Assembly (NCBI GenBank): GCA_038087875.1
Contig: CM075991.1
Span: 2,542,001-2,606,000, forward strand
DNA: 64,000 nucleotides
Source: Malacoraja senta
Lineage: Eukaryota
Direction of reading: 5' to 3'
Position numbers and translations under genes: made by a program. This document shows, in pieces, positions 62,994 to 64,000 of this stretch. The notes beneath the pieces were generated by a model. That model was given only the letters and a program-made list of their open reading frames with translations. It ran no database searches and was not told the origin of the DNA. Within the stretch, counting starts at the first letter, position 1. Every line of letters starts with the position of its first letter.

Positions 62994-64000
62994 CTGCAGA
63001 ATACAAAGAGAGTTATTTGCACTTATATAAATAGGCGTGACTAATATCTCCTTTTGCTAACTTTATTTAATTAAATCTCATTTATATTGCACAACGCAGT
63101 TGGGTGCACAGTCTCATGCTGAATTCATATGCTCATGCTCTGTATAAACAGCCCCAACATGTGCAGAAACCTGTGTGACTCAATGCTAAGACTGAAATAG
63201 CTCTCATTTCAAATCCTGATCTCACAGTGCAGCAGTGCTAGATAAATTATGGATGACGTGGAAGAAGAGAAAAGTGGTAGCCACTTCAGTTATTACAAGA
63301 TATGTAACAATTAAATGCTGCTGGAAGGTCATCAAGAAAGACGTTCTTTGGTCAGACTGAAATGTGTTGGTGTTCGAGCATAGTGAGATGTTAGTCAGGG
63401 CCATTCCAGACTGCAGGAATAGGTGCTGAAGCTTGGTGTGGTCAAAGCAAAGGCTCTGTGGGGTAGGATCGCAGTCTAGGGTCCTTCTGCTGGACATTGA
63501 GGGGCAGAGTCCGATCGGGGCACCCCTCCAACAAGGGAGGAATATCACCTCAAAAGGGTGTACTGTGTAAATACAGGTGCGAACACTACTGAATATGAGA
63601 CTAATGAATGTACAGACACTGAGAATGTATGAAGAGTTTTTGTAGTTTTTAATTTTTTTATTCTGAATAAATTTTATTTTACAATTAAAAAAGGTATTTA
63701 ACAGTATGTGAAATGTTTACAGTTTGAACACTGTTAAGAAAAAGATGTATGGAAGCAGAATGAGACTTGGCAGGAGAATATGAGATTACATAAATGAGGG
63801 TAACAACCCAGGAAATCTGTGGTGCAATGAAAGAATGATAAAGTTTAACTGTGCAGGATACAATGAGAATACAGCAGCAGTACAGGATATTGCACCCAAA
63901 ACAGAAAATGCTGTTAAAACTCAGGTCAGACAGCATTGAAAGAAACAGTTCAAGTCTGACCCCCTTCATCAGATCTGAGAAAGAGAGAAAACAAGTTAGT

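Overview
Repeat-rich vertebrate genomic DNA, most likely a cartilaginous fish (skate/ray/shark; inferred from the HE1/V-SINE, CR1 and Penelope repeat landscape). Two spliced host genes lie on the minus strand. ELMOD3 has 11 well-supported coding exons at 41659-60935 plus one candidate at 62925-62993. GPAT2 has its 5' coding exons at 3000-14125, runs off the left edge, and has a candidate CpG-island first exon near 33.3 kb. Most remaining sequence is transposon-derived. There is a five-layer nest at about 20.8-31.7 kb: CR1 > Rex/Babar-type LINE tail > internally deleted hAT > DIRS1 tyrosine-recombinase retrotransposon > near-intact L1 ORF2, with the three inner junctions resolved to the base. 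The most striking signal is a 126-138 bp retroposed element in two copies with 12-bp TSDs. Its first 53 nt fold by inspection into a complete minimal HDV/CPEB3-like self-cleaving ribozyme whose predicted cleavage site is exactly the element's 5' end, and the intact copy sits in sense orientation in an ELMOD3 intron. A second HDV-like fold heads an RTE-derived element at 19.3 kb, and about 25 Penelope-derived hairpin repeats carry minimal hammerhead-ribozyme cores. All calls were made by eye; family names come from recognition and need database confirmation.
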